Shown in pieces: positions 1-8,028 of a DNA stretch of 32,000 nucleotides. The translations under genes were made by a program, and so were the position numbers. The stretch covers positions 2,460,001 through 2,492,000 of the forward strand of contig NZ_CP036280.1 in assembly GCF_007748075.1 (NCBI RefSeq), read 5' to 3'. The notes under the pieces are model-generated. The model was not told the origin of the DNA and searched no databases. It saw nothing but the letters and a program-made list of their open reading frames with translations. How positions within the stretch are numbered: position 1 is the stretch's first letter; each line of letters begins with the position of its first letter. Source of the DNA: Mucisphaera calidilacus. GTDB taxonomy: Bacteria; Planctomycetota; Phycisphaerae; Phycisphaerales; Phycisphaeraceae.

Positions 1-1
1 G

Positions 2-49
2 GTGGCGGGGAGCCTGCTGAACAGCTTTGATCTCTCGGGTTTCCTGTGA
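2..49 (+). CDS. fliP: 3' end of flagellar export-gate protein FliP (gene starts upstream of the window)
   Basis: Frame 2 reads VAGSLLNSFDLSGFL*. This resembles the conserved FliP C-terminus (E. coli ...LLVGSLAQSFYS). It is followed directly by fliQ and fliR, as in the canonical fliPQR order. Confidence 0.55.
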   Translation: MAGSLLNSFDLSGFL

Positions 50-57
50 CGGAGTGA

Positions 58-318
58 ATGATGACGACGGACTATGCGTTGGACATTGTGCGAGAGGCGT
101 TGATGCTGACGCTGCTGCTGAGCCTGCCGGTGCTGGGGATCGCGTTGATCGTGGGTTTGTCGATCAGCATTCTTCAGGCGATGACGCAGATTCAGGAGCA
201 GACGCTGACGTTCGTGCCGAAGATTTTGGCGATGGGTGCGGTGACGATCATGGCGGTGCCGTGGATGGCGATCAAGATCATGGAGTTCGCGACGCGGATG
301 TTTTCGGGTCAGGGTTGA
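58..318 (+). CDS. fliQ: Flagellar type III export-gate protein FliQ
   Basis: 86-aa ORF with two hydrophobic helices. It carries the FliQ-family core LSISILQAMTQIQEQTLTFVPKI. GGAG lies just upstream of the ATG. It sits between fliP and fliR. Confidence 0.9.
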   Translation: MMTTDYALDIVREALMLTLLLSLPVLGIALIVGLSISILQAMTQIQEQTLTFVPKILAMGAVTIMAVPWMAIKIMEFATRMFSGQG

Positions 319-332
319 GTGGATGAGGGTGT

Positions 333-1151
333 TTGATGGTTGATCTGACCTGGCTTGTGGCGCATGTGCCGGCGTTTGTGCTGGTGCTGTCGCGCATGAC
401 GGGTCTGTTCCTGTTTGCGCCGATGTTCGGGAGCAATGCGGTTCCGCGTTTCATGCGTGTGATGTTCGCGTTCGGTCTGTCGTTGGCGTTGTACCCGATG
501 CTGCTGGAGCCGACGCGTGCATCGGCGGGTTATCTGCTGCCGGTGCTGGACGAGGGTTTGATGCTCTGGGTGTTGTTGCCTCTGATGGCGGTGGAGTTGC
601 TGGTGGGTTACGTGGTCGGTTGGTGTGCGTCGCTGCCTTTGATCGGTGTGCAGATGGCGGGTCACACGATGGATCAGCAGATGGGCATGGGTTTGGCGCA
701 GGTGTTGAACCCGGAGTTGGGTGAGCAGTCGGGCGTGCTGGGTGAGTTTTTGTTCGTGATGGCGTTGGCGATGTTTTTGCTGATGGGGGGGCATCTGGTG
801 CTGGTGACGATGATGGTGGGGAGTTTTGATCAGTTTCCGCCCGGGGGTTTCACGGGTTTTCACGCGGTGTTTGGTTTGGGATTTGCGTGCGTGTCGCTGA
901 TCATGGAGATGACGCTGAAGGTGGCGGCGCCGCTGATCTGCCTGATTTTCCTGGAGACGGTGGCGTTGGGTTTTGTGGCGCGGACGGTGCCTCAGATGAA
1001 CATTCTGAGCGTGGGTTTTGCGTTGCGTCTGGTGGTGGGAATGATTTTCATCGTGCTGGTGCTGGGCGCGATCGGCGCGGTGTTTGAGGACGTGACGGAC
1101 GGGCTGCTCAAGCGTGTGATGAGTGTGGTGGCGTTGGGGGATGGTGCCTGA
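333..1151 (+). CDS. fliR: Flagellar type III export-gate protein FliR
   Basis: 272-aa polytopic membrane ORF immediately after fliQ, with FliR-like length and hydrophobicity. Start is TTG at 333 or ATG at 336. Its stop overlaps the flhB ATG. Confidence 0.88.
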   Translation: MMVDLTWLVAHVPAFVLVLSRMTGLFLFAPMFGSNAVPRFMRVMFAFGLSLALYPMLLEPTRASAGYLLPVLDEGLMLWVLLPLMAVELLVGYVVGWCASLPLIGVQMAGHTMDQQMGMGLAQVLNPELGEQSGVLGEFLFVMALAMFLLMGGHLVLVTMMVGSFDQFPPGGFTGFHAVFGLGFACVSLIMEMTLKVAAPLICLIFLETVALGFVARTVPQMNILSVGFALRLVVGMIFIVLVLGAIGAVFEDVTDGLLKRVMSVVALGDGA

Positions 1152-2221
1152 TGGCCGAGAGCGCTCAAGAGAAGACTGAACCGGCAACGCCTCGTCGGCG
1201 TCAGAAGGCGCGTGAGGAGGGGAACGTCGCCAAGAGCATGGACCTGACGGCGTCGGTGGCGTTGCTGCTGGGCGTGGCGTTGCTGTACATGCTGGGTCGT
1301 CAGATGTTTGGCGGGATGAAGGGTCTGGTGGAGCGTGCGTTGCGTGCGGATTTCGCGAGCAACCCGGCGCGTGCGGAGGACCTGGTGGCGGCGTTGGCGG
1401 ACGGGATTTATGTGTATGTGGAGTTGGCGGCGCCGTTTATGGGTGCGATGGCGTTCGTGGCGCTGGTGGCGACGCTCTACCAGGTGGGGTTGCTGCTGAC
1501 GACGAAGCCGCTGGCGCCGAAGCTGAGCAAGTTCAACCTGATCAAGGGTGCACAGCAGATGGTGAACCTGCGTGCGTTGATGCGGTTTGTTCAGAGCATG
1601 CTGAAGGTGGTGCTGCTGCTGGGGCTTGGGGGGCTGCTGGTCTATCTGGATATTGAGAAGCTGCTGCACCTGGCGTTGCTGGACGTGGAGCCGGCGTTTG
1701 CGGGCGCGTGCGAGCTGGTCTTTTCGCTGTCGGTGAAGCTGGCGTTGATGCTGCTGATCCTGGGGGTGATTGATTACGCGTACCAGAAGTGGCAGCACGA
1801 GGAAGAGCTCAAGATGAGCAAGCAGGACGTGAAGGAGGAGATGCGGAACATGGACGGCGACCCGATGGTGAAGCAGCGTCGGGCGCGTGTGGCGCGTCAG
1901 CTGGCGATGCAGCGGGTGTCGGCGGCGGTTCCTCAGGCGGATGTGATCGTGACGAACCCGACGCACTTCGCGGTGGCGTTGAAGTATGACGCTTCGACGA
2001 TGAAGGCGCCGAAGGTTCTGGCGAAGGGTGCGGACTACCTGGCGATGCGGATTCGGCAGATCGCGGCGGTGCACGGGGTGCCGGTGGTGGAGCGTAAGGA
2101 GTTGGCGCGGGCGTTGTACCGGGAGGTTGATCCGGGGATGGAGATCCCGGGCGAGCATTACGCGGCGGTCGCGGAGATCCTTGCGTACGTGTATCGTTTG
2201 TCGAAACAGCAGACGGCCTGA
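1151..2221 (+). CDS. flhB: Flagellar export switch protein FlhB
   Basis: 356 aa. N-terminus is AESAQEKTEPATPRRRQKAREEGNVAKS. The NPTH autocleavage motif is present (VIVTNPTHFAVALKY). The ATG overlaps the fliR stop (TGATG). Confidence 0.95.
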   Translation: MAESAQEKTEPATPRRRQKAREEGNVAKSMDLTASVALLLGVALLYMLGRQMFGGMKGLVERALRADFASNPARAEDLVAALADGIYVYVELAAPFMGAMAFVALVATLYQVGLLLTTKPLAPKLSKFNLIKGAQQMVNLRALMRFVQSMLKVVLLLGLGGLLVYLDIEKLLHLALLDVEPAFAGACELVFSLSVKLALMLLILGVIDYAYQKWQHEEELKMSKQDVKEEMRNMDGDPMVKQRRARVARQLAMQRVSAAVPQADVIVTNPTHFAVALKYDASTMKAPKVLAKGADYLAMRIRQIAAVHGVPVVERKELARALYREVDPGMEIPGEHYAAVAEILAYVYRLSKQQTA

Positions 2222-2294
2222 GGCATGAGCCGATGTAGGCCGAGTGAGGGCAAGATCGGGTGCATGGATGCGCCCGCGATGATTTGAGCCACGG

Positions 2295-4508
2295 ATGGCG
2301 AAAACAACGGCGTCACAATTCGTGATCCCCCAGTGGATTCAGGGCCTTCAGGCTTACCAGAGCCTGCTGGTTCCGATCGGCTTCATCATGCTGCTGGTGG
2401 TGATCGTGGTTCCGTTGCCGACGGCGGTGATGGATCTTCTGTTGGGGGCGAATCTTGCGATCGCGTCGCTGGTTCTGATGACGACGATTTTTGTCGAGCG
2501 TCCGCTGGACTTTTCGGTGTTCCCGTCCCTGCTGCTGGGGACGACGCTGTTTCGGCTGGTGCTGAACATCGCGACGACGCGGATGATTCTGGGTAGTGAG
2601 GCGACGACGGCGGCGGAAGCGACGGGTTCGGCGGGTCGTGTGATCCAGGCGTTTTCGGAGTTTGTGGCGGGTTCGTCGCCTGTGGTGGGTGCGATCCTGT
2701 TCATCATCCTGGTGATTGTTCAGTTTGTGGTGATCACGAAGGGCTCGACGCGTATCTCGGAGGTGGCGGCGCGTTTCACGCTGGACGCTATGCCCGGCAA
2801 GCAGATGGCGATCGACGCGGACCTGAACGCGGGGCTGATCACGGAGCAGCAGGCGCGTGAGCGTCGCGAGCAGATCGCGCAGGAGGCGGATTTCTACGGC
2901 GCGATGGACGGTGCGGCGAAGTTCGTTCGTGGTGACGCGATCGCGGGCATCATCATCACGGTCGTCAACATCGTGGGCGGGTTCGCGATCGGTGTGGCGA
3001 TGAAGGGGTGGACGATCACGGAGTCGATCGACGTGTACACGCGTCTGACGATCGGGGATGGGATCGTGTCGCAGCTGCCGGCGTTCGTGATCGCGGTGGC
3101 GGCGGGTCTGATCGTGACGCGGTCGTCGAGTCGTTCGGACCTGGGGAGCGAGCTGGGTGCTCAGCTGACGCGTCGCGTGCCGGCGTTGGGGATCACGGCG
3201 GGTTTTCTGGTGCTGATGGCGCTGACGGGTTTGCCGATGCTGCCGATGCTGGTGCTGGCGGGGACGTTCGGGACGGTGGCGTTCCTGGCCCGGCGTTCGG
3301 AGAAGCAGGTGATCGAGCGTGAGGCGAAGGCGGCGAAGGCGCCGGCGGCGAAGCCGGAGCCGGCGCCGGTGGAGCAGGCGATCCAGGTGGACATGCTGGA
3401 GCTGGAGGTGGGTTACGGCCTGGTGCGGCTGGTGGATCAGTCGCAGGGAGGTGACCTGCTGGACCGGATCTCGGCGATCCGTCGTCAGCTGGCGTCGGAG
3501 ATGGGGATCGTGATGCCGCCGGTGCGGATCCGTGACAACATGCAGCTTCAGCAGAATGACTACCGGGTGAAGATCCGCGGCAACACGGTGGCGTCGGGGG
3601 TGATTTATCCGGGTCAGTTCATGGCGATGGACGGGGGTCTGGCGAGCGAGAAGCTGCCGGGCACGCCGACGCGTGAGCCGGCGTTCGGTTTGGAGGCGGT
3701 GTGGATCGACGCGGGTCAGAAGCAGCGTGCGGAGTCGATCAACTACACGGTGGTGGACGCGACGAGTGTGCTGGCGACGCACATCACGGAGGTGGTGAAG
3801 ACGCACGCGAGCGAGTTGCTGACGCGTGAGGAGACAAACAACCTGATCGAGCAGCTCAAGCAGAAGGCCCCGAAGCTGACGGAAGAGGTGCTGACGGGCG
3901 AGCAGGCGTTGCTGAAGCCGGGCGAGCTGCAGAAGGTGCTGCAGAACCTGCTCTCGGAGCGCGTGCCGGTGCGTGATCTGGAGACGATCGTGGAGACGCT
4001 TGGCGATCTGGCGGGCCGGACGAAGGACCTGGACGTGCTGACCGAGTATGCGCGGAACGCGTTGCGTCGGACGATCTGCCATCAGTATGCGACGCAGGAG
4101 GTTCCGGAGACGGGTGACGTGGGCGACTTCTCGTCGATGCCAGCGCCGGTGACGCGGCTTTATTGCGTGAGTCTGGACCCGGCGTTGGAGGATCAGATCA
4201 ACGGGTTCATCGAGCGAACGGCGGAGGGGACGAGCATGTCGATGCCGCCTGCGTTGGGTAATCGGATCGCGAGCGCGATCGCGGGCGAGCTGGAGCGGTT
4301 GGTGCAGGTGGGTCGTCAGCCGGTGATCCTGACGTCGCCTCAGGTCCGGGCGCAGGTTCGTCGTCTGATCGAGCCGCACATCCCGATTGCGGCGGTGCTG
4401 GGCTACAACGAGATCAGCAAGGGCGTTGAGGTGGAATCGGTGGGTCTGGTGTCGCTCGGGCATGAGGCCGCGGGTGTCGCGGCCGGACAAACGGAGGCCG
4501 TGGCCTGA
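2295..4508 (+). CDS. flhA: Flagellar export-gate protein FlhA
   Basis: 737 aa. FHIPEP-family signature RISEVAARFTLDAMPGKQMAIDADLNAG. Multi-TM N-terminal domain, an Ala/Lys/Pro linker and a large cytoplasmic C-terminal domain. Confidence 0.95.
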   Translation: MAKTTASQFVIPQWIQGLQAYQSLLVPIGFIMLLVVIVVPLPTAVMDLLLGANLAIASLVLMTTIFVERPLDFSVFPSLLLGTTLFRLVLNIATTRMILGSEATTAAEATGSAGRVIQAFSEFVAGSSPVVGAILFIILVIVQFVVITKGSTRISEVAARFTLDAMPGKQMAIDADLNAGLITEQQARERREQIAQEADFYGAMDGAAKFVRGDAIAGIIITVVNIVGGFAIGVAMKGWTITESIDVYTRLTIGDGIVSQLPAFVIAVAAGLIVTRSSSRSDLGSELGAQLTRRVPALGITAGFLVLMALTGLPMLPMLVLAGTFGTVAFLARRSEKQVIEREAKAAKAPAAKPEPAPVEQAIQVDMLELEVGYGLVRLVDQSQGGDLLDRISAIRRQLASEMGIVMPPVRIRDNMQLQQNDYRVKIRGNTVASGVIYPGQFMAMDGGLASEKLPGTPTREPAFGLEAVWIDAGQKQRAESINYTVVDATSVLATHITEVVKTHASELLTREETNNLIEQLKQKAPKLTEEVLTGEQALLKPGELQKVLQNLLSERVPVRDLETIVETLGDLAGRTKDLDVLTEYARNALRRTICHQYATQEVPETGDVGDFSSMPAPVTRLYCVSLDPALEDQINGFIERTAEGTSMSMPPALGNRIASAIAGELERLVQVGRQPVILTSPQVRAQVRRLIEPHIPIAAVLGYNEISKGVEVESVGLVSLGHEAAGVAAGQTEAVA

Positions 4509-5785
4509 TGCAAGTGAAGACCGTGAAAGCCGCGACGTTGCAGAAAGCGCTGGAGATGGTGCGTGTCGAGGTGGGCGCGGACGCGGTGGTGCTGCAGACG
4601 CGTCATGTTCGGCGGGAGGGTCTTCTGGGTCTGCTGGGTGGTACGCAGGTCGAGGTGACGGCGGCGGACGGGCGTGCTGTAGCGAAGGCTCGTGCGAAGA
4701 AGCAGCGTGCTCGGGGTGTGGCGGCGAAGCCGAAGGCGGCGTCGCGGCCGGTGTCGGCGCGTCCGAGGCGTGCGCACGTGGATGAGGGGGGTTGGCAGGA
4801 CCCGGGCGCGGCGGGTGCGTTGATTCGCCAGACGGTGGCGGCGGTTCGCGAGGAGCTGCGTCCCGAGCCTGAGGTGCGTGTGGTCCCGCCGGCGGGTGAT
4901 GACGGGCGTCTGTCGGCGGAGATGCGTGAGGTCAAGGCGTTGCTGGCGAAGCTGGTGCACAAGCAGGCGTCGGGCGGGGGCGAGTTGCCGGAGCCTCTTG
5001 CGGGCCGTTACCTGGAGATGGTGGAGCAGGAGGTTGCGGAGGAGCTGGCGCAGCGTCTGGTGAAGCAGGCAGGCGAGGGGGATGGGGCAGACGGGGAGGA
5101 TCAGGAGCAGGGCTTGCGCAAGGCGTTGGCGGCTTTGCTGCCGGTGGCGCCGGTGGCGGAGGCCGTGCGCGGGGCGTCGGGCCCGCGTGTGATTGCGTTG
5201 GTGGGTCCGACGGGTGTGGGCAAGACGACGACGCTGGCGAAGCTGGCGGCGCGGTATCGGCTGCGTGAGGGCAAGCGTGTGGCGTTGGCGACGATCGACA
5301 CGTACCGGATCGCGGCGGTGGATCAGCTGCGGACGTACGGTGAGATCCTGGGTCTGGATCTGGATGTGATTCAGCGTCCGGACCAGGTGGAGGGGATGCT
5401 GGCGAGGCGGTCGGAGGCGGACGTGGTGCTGATTGACACGGCGGGGCGTTCGCCTCGGGACGCCGAGCGGTTGGCGGAACTGGGGCGGTTTATGGCGTTG
5501 GCCCGTCCTGACGAGACGCACCTGGTGTTGTCGGCGACGAGCAGCGAGCGTTCGATGCGAGACGCGAACGAGCGTTTTTCTGCGTTAAATCCGACGCACG
5601 TCATCTTTACAAAGGTTGATGAGGCGATATGCTTTGGCGGGCTGATCAATGTGTTAGCCGCTTTAGGTCGGCCTTTGAGTTATTTGACCACGGGACAGGA
5701 GGTCCCCCACGACATTGAGCCAGGCTCGGCTGACCGTCTGGCCTCCCTCGTTTTTGACCCTTCGGGTGGGTACTCGAAATGTTGA
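4508..5785 (+). CDS. flhF: Flagellar SRP-type GTPase FlhF
   Basis: 425 aa. GTPase motifs GPTGVGKTTT, DTAGR and TKVDE, with a basic N-terminal B-domain. The ATG overlaps the flhA stop. Confidence 0.9.
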   Translation: MQVKTVKAATLQKALEMVRVEVGADAVVLQTRHVRREGLLGLLGGTQVEVTAADGRAVAKARAKKQRARGVAAKPKAASRPVSARPRRAHVDEGGWQDPGAAGALIRQTVAAVREELRPEPEVRVVPPAGDDGRLSAEMREVKALLAKLVHKQASGGGELPEPLAGRYLEMVEQEVAEELAQRLVKQAGEGDGADGEDQEQGLRKALAALLPVAPVAEAVRGASGPRVIALVGPTGVGKTTTLAKLAARYRLREGKRVALATIDTYRIAAVDQLRTYGEILGLDLDVIQRPDQVEGMLARRSEADVVLIDTAGRSPRDAERLAELGRFMALARPDETHLVLSATSSERSMRDANERFSALNPTHVIFTKVDEAICFGGLINVLAALGRPLSYLTTGQEVPHDIEPGSADRLASLVFDPSGGYSKC

Positions 5786-6651
5786 CTGATCAGGCCGATG
5801 CGCTCCGGCAGATGGTGACGGAGACAGAGGGCCGCGAAACTTCGTTGACGCGTGCGATTGCGATCGCCTCCGGCAAGGGTGGCGTGGGCAAGACGACGCT
5901 GTCGGTGAATCTGGCGGTGGCGTTGTCGCGTCTGGGTCGTCGGGTGGTGTTGCTGGACGCGGACCTTGGGACGGCGAACGCGGACGTGCTTTGCCGTATC
6001 GAGAGCGGCCCGACGCTGGCGCACGTGGTGGCCGGGCGTTGTTCGATCCGCGACGTGCTGGTGGAGGCGCCGGGCGGTTTTAGGCTGATCCCCGGGGCGT
6101 CGGGTCTGGCGTCGATGGCTCGTCTGGCGGAGGTGGAGCGACGTCGGATCGTGGAGCAGCTGCACGATGTTGAGGGCGACGCGGACCTGATTCTGATCGA
6201 TCTGGGCGCGGGTGTGAGCCCGAACGTGCTGAGTTTTGCGGCGGCCTCGGATCAGGTTCTGGTGGTGACGACGCCTGAGCCGACGGCGGTGACGGACGCT
6301 TATGCGTTGATCAAGACGCTTTCACGGGAGAGCCCGGAGCTGGTTCAGCGTCTGGTGGTGAACATGGTGCGTAGCGAATCGGAGGCTCAGAAGGTTTTCG
6401 GTCGTATTACGGAGGTGGCGGATCGTTTCATCGGTCGGTCGCCAAGCTACGCGGGTCACCTGTTGTATGACGCGAAGGTTGCGATGTCGGTGATGCGTCG
6501 GACGCCTTTCACGCTGGAGCGTCCGAACAGCGGCGCATCGCGTTGCGTGGATGAGTTAGCCGTGAGACTGGACCGATTTGGTGCGGAATCAGCGGATCAG
6601 GGTTTCTTCGGTCGGTTCGCGGGTTGGCTGGGGCAACAAGCCTGTTTTTAA
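5779..6651 (+). CDS. flhG: MinD/ParA-type flagellar number regulator FlhG (FleN/YlxH)
   Basis: 290 aa. Deviant Walker A ASGKGGVGKTT. C-terminal amphipathic helix FFGRFAGWLG. Overlaps the flhF 3' end by 7 nt, the canonical flhF-flhG pairing. Confidence 0.85.
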   Translation: MLTDQADALRQMVTETEGRETSLTRAIAIASGKGGVGKTTLSVNLAVALSRLGRRVVLLDADLGTANADVLCRIESGPTLAHVVAGRCSIRDVLVEAPGGFRLIPGASGLASMARLAEVERRRIVEQLHDVEGDADLILIDLGAGVSPNVLSFAAASDQVLVVTTPEPTAVTDAYALIKTLSRESPELVQRLVVNMVRSESEAQKVFGRITEVADRFIGRSPSYAGHLLYDAKVAMSVMRRTPFTLERPNSGASRCVDELAVRLDRFGAESADQGFFGRFAGWLGQQACF

Positions 6652-6747
6652 CAGGATTACCTCTCTTGACCATTGCCACGGTGCTGTAAGATGGTATTCT
6701 GTGAGTCATCGTGAAGGATCGCGATGAGACGTTAAGGATGACGTGTT

Positions 6748-7029
6748 TTGCCCGCCAGAGTTTTGGCAGTCTGCTTTGCACTCGTTGGCTTCACTGGGTC
6801 GGCTTTGGTCGGACTCATTGCTGGCAACGATCCTTCGACAATTCTCATCCGGTCGATCTTCGTGATGTTTGGCTGCTGGCTTGTTGGTCGCCTGTGCGGC
6901 GCCGTCTCGATGGTGAGCGTGCGGGAGTACCTGAGTCAGCATCAGGAAGATCACCCGATGCCGGGTGACGTTGAGAACACATCCCCCTCGCGTGATGACA
7001 ACAGCGATGTGACTGTCGAGCCGGCGTAG
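6748..7029 (+). CDS. Hypothetical small membrane protein (two predicted TM helices, acidic tail) between flhG and fliA
   Basis: 93-aa ORF with a TTG start and AAGGA 9 nt upstream. Two hydrophobic stretches (VLAVCFALVGFTGSALVGLIAG and IRSIFVMFGCWLVGRLCGAV), then an acidic tail. No family recognised. The competing overlapping ORF 6711..6968 is Trp/Cys/Arg-rich and less protein-like. Confidence 0.45.
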   Translation: MPARVLAVCFALVGFTGSALVGLIAGNDPSTILIRSIFVMFGCWLVGRLCGAVSMVSVREYLSQHQEDHPMPGDVENTSPSRDDNSDVTVEPA

Positions 7030-7095
7030 TCATCGCGAGGACATGGCTGATTGAAAGGACTTAATCAGCCGACATACAGGTCAAGGAGCAGACCG

Positions 7096-7908
7096 ATGGC
7101 CGCCACCCGCAGATCGTCCAATCCCCGATACGAGCGAGAAGAAGATATCCGTGAGTTGTGGGTTTCGTACAAGACGGAGCCGACGGAGTTGTTGCGGAAC
7201 GAGCTGGTGGAGACGTATCTCCATCTGGTGAAGTACAACGCGGAGCGTATTCACGCGAAGCTGCCTGACGAGGTGGACATCGAGGACCTGATGTCGGTGG
7301 GCGTGTTCGGCCTGATGGACGCGATCGACGCGTTCGACCTGGACCGCGGGGTGAAGTTCGAGACGTACTGTGCGCCGCGTATCCGTGGCGCGATTCTGGA
7401 CGAGTTGCGATCGATGGACTGGGTTCCGCGTCTTGTGCGTCAGCGCACGAGCCAGGTGGACAAGGTCTCGCGGAAGATCCAGATGGAGAGGGGGCGTCCG
7501 GCGACGCACCCCGAGATCTCCGAGCGTCTGGGTGTGAACGACGAGGAGTACGAGAAGATCCGTCGCGACGCGGGCGCGGTGGGGATGGTGTCGCTGTCGC
7601 GGAAGTATTTCGAGACGGACTCGAACAAGGACGTGCGTGAGATCGACGTGCTGGAGGATGTGCGTCAGGTCAACCCGTTCCAGGCGGTTCAGAAGCGTGA
7701 CATCAAGAACCTGATCACGAAGGGTTTGTCGCGTGCCGAGCGTCTGATTATTGTGCTGTATTACTATGAAGAGATGACGATGAAAGAGATCGGGATGACG
7801 CTCGATCTGTCGGAATCCCGGGTCAGCCAGATGCACTCTTCGATCCTTGCTAGACTAAAGGCTCAGTTGCAGAACCGATCGGCTGAACTGCACGCCGAAG
7901 TGAGTTAG
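7096..7908 (+). CDS. fliA: Flagellar sigma factor FliA (sigma-28)
   Basis: Sigma-70-family regions 2-4 (LVKYNAERIHAKL, YCAPRIRGAILDELR, HTH MTMKEIGMTLDLSESRVSQMHSSILARLK). ATG at 7096 is preferred because AAGGAG (7083-7088) lies 7 nt upstream. The track start at 7051 is a TTG inside a hairpin. Confidence 0.9.
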   Translation: MAATRRSSNPRYEREEDIRELWVSYKTEPTELLRNELVETYLHLVKYNAERIHAKLPDEVDIEDLMSVGVFGLMDAIDAFDLDRGVKFETYCAPRIRGAILDELRSMDWVPRLVRQRTSQVDKVSRKIQMERGRPATHPEISERLGVNDEEYEKIRRDAGAVGMVSLSRKYFETDSNKDVREIDVLEDVRQVNPFQAVQKRDIKNLITKGLSRAERLIIVLYYYEEMTMKEIGMTLDLSESRVSQMHSSILARLKAQLQNRSAELHAEVS

Positions 7909-7940
7909 ACTGCTCACACCACAATTTGCCCCACCCCGCA

Positions 7941-7988
7941 GCCGGGCTGATGCCGACCTCGTGTCGTTCCAGCCCGGCCTTTTTCTTG
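7941..7988 (+). terminator. Candidate rho-independent terminator after fliA
   Basis: GCCGGGCTG (7941-7949) pairs with CAGCCCGGC (7970-7978). It is followed by CTTTTTCTT and sits 33 nt after the fliA stop. The loop is long (20 nt), but internal CGAC/GTCG pairing is possible. Confidence 0.55.
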
Positions 7989-8028
7989 GGCTGATGGGCC
8001 GGCTGCAGGCGTCGGGAAAGTTTCTAGC

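Noticed and set aside
2313-4490. Very long antisense ORFs. Examples: 2313..4490 minus (725 aa), 7855..9987 minus (710 aa), 992..2158 minus, 17784..19247 plus, 25159..26904 plus, 27220..28779 plus and 21482..22618 plus.
   Set aside because: Their translations are Arg/His/Gln/Pro- or Gly/Asp/Val-rich low-complexity text with no motifs. They lie opposite genes with unambiguous family signatures. This is the usual shadow-ORF artefact of high GC3 codon usage.
6764-6780. A sigma-54-like TGGCAG-N6-TTGCA on the plus strand.
   Set aside because: The GG-to-GC spacing is one nt too long, and sigma-54 is strict about spacing. It lies inside the 93-aa ORF, and no gene start follows at a sensible distance.
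6711-6968. Alternative 85-aa ORF overlapping the 2-TM ORF between flhG and fliA.
   Set aside because: The Trp/Cys/Arg-rich translation has no hydrophobic or structural pattern. The overlapping frame starting at 6748 has an SD and a clean two-helix membrane profile.
7051-7095. N-terminal extensions suggested by the ORF track: fliA from TTG at 7051, flgB from 21564, aspC from 29643.
   Set aside because: In each case an internal ATG aligns with the expected family N-terminus. fliA has AAGGAG 7 nt before 7096, and AspC begins MFENV. The extension would cover a hairpin (fliA) or the candidate promoter (flgB).
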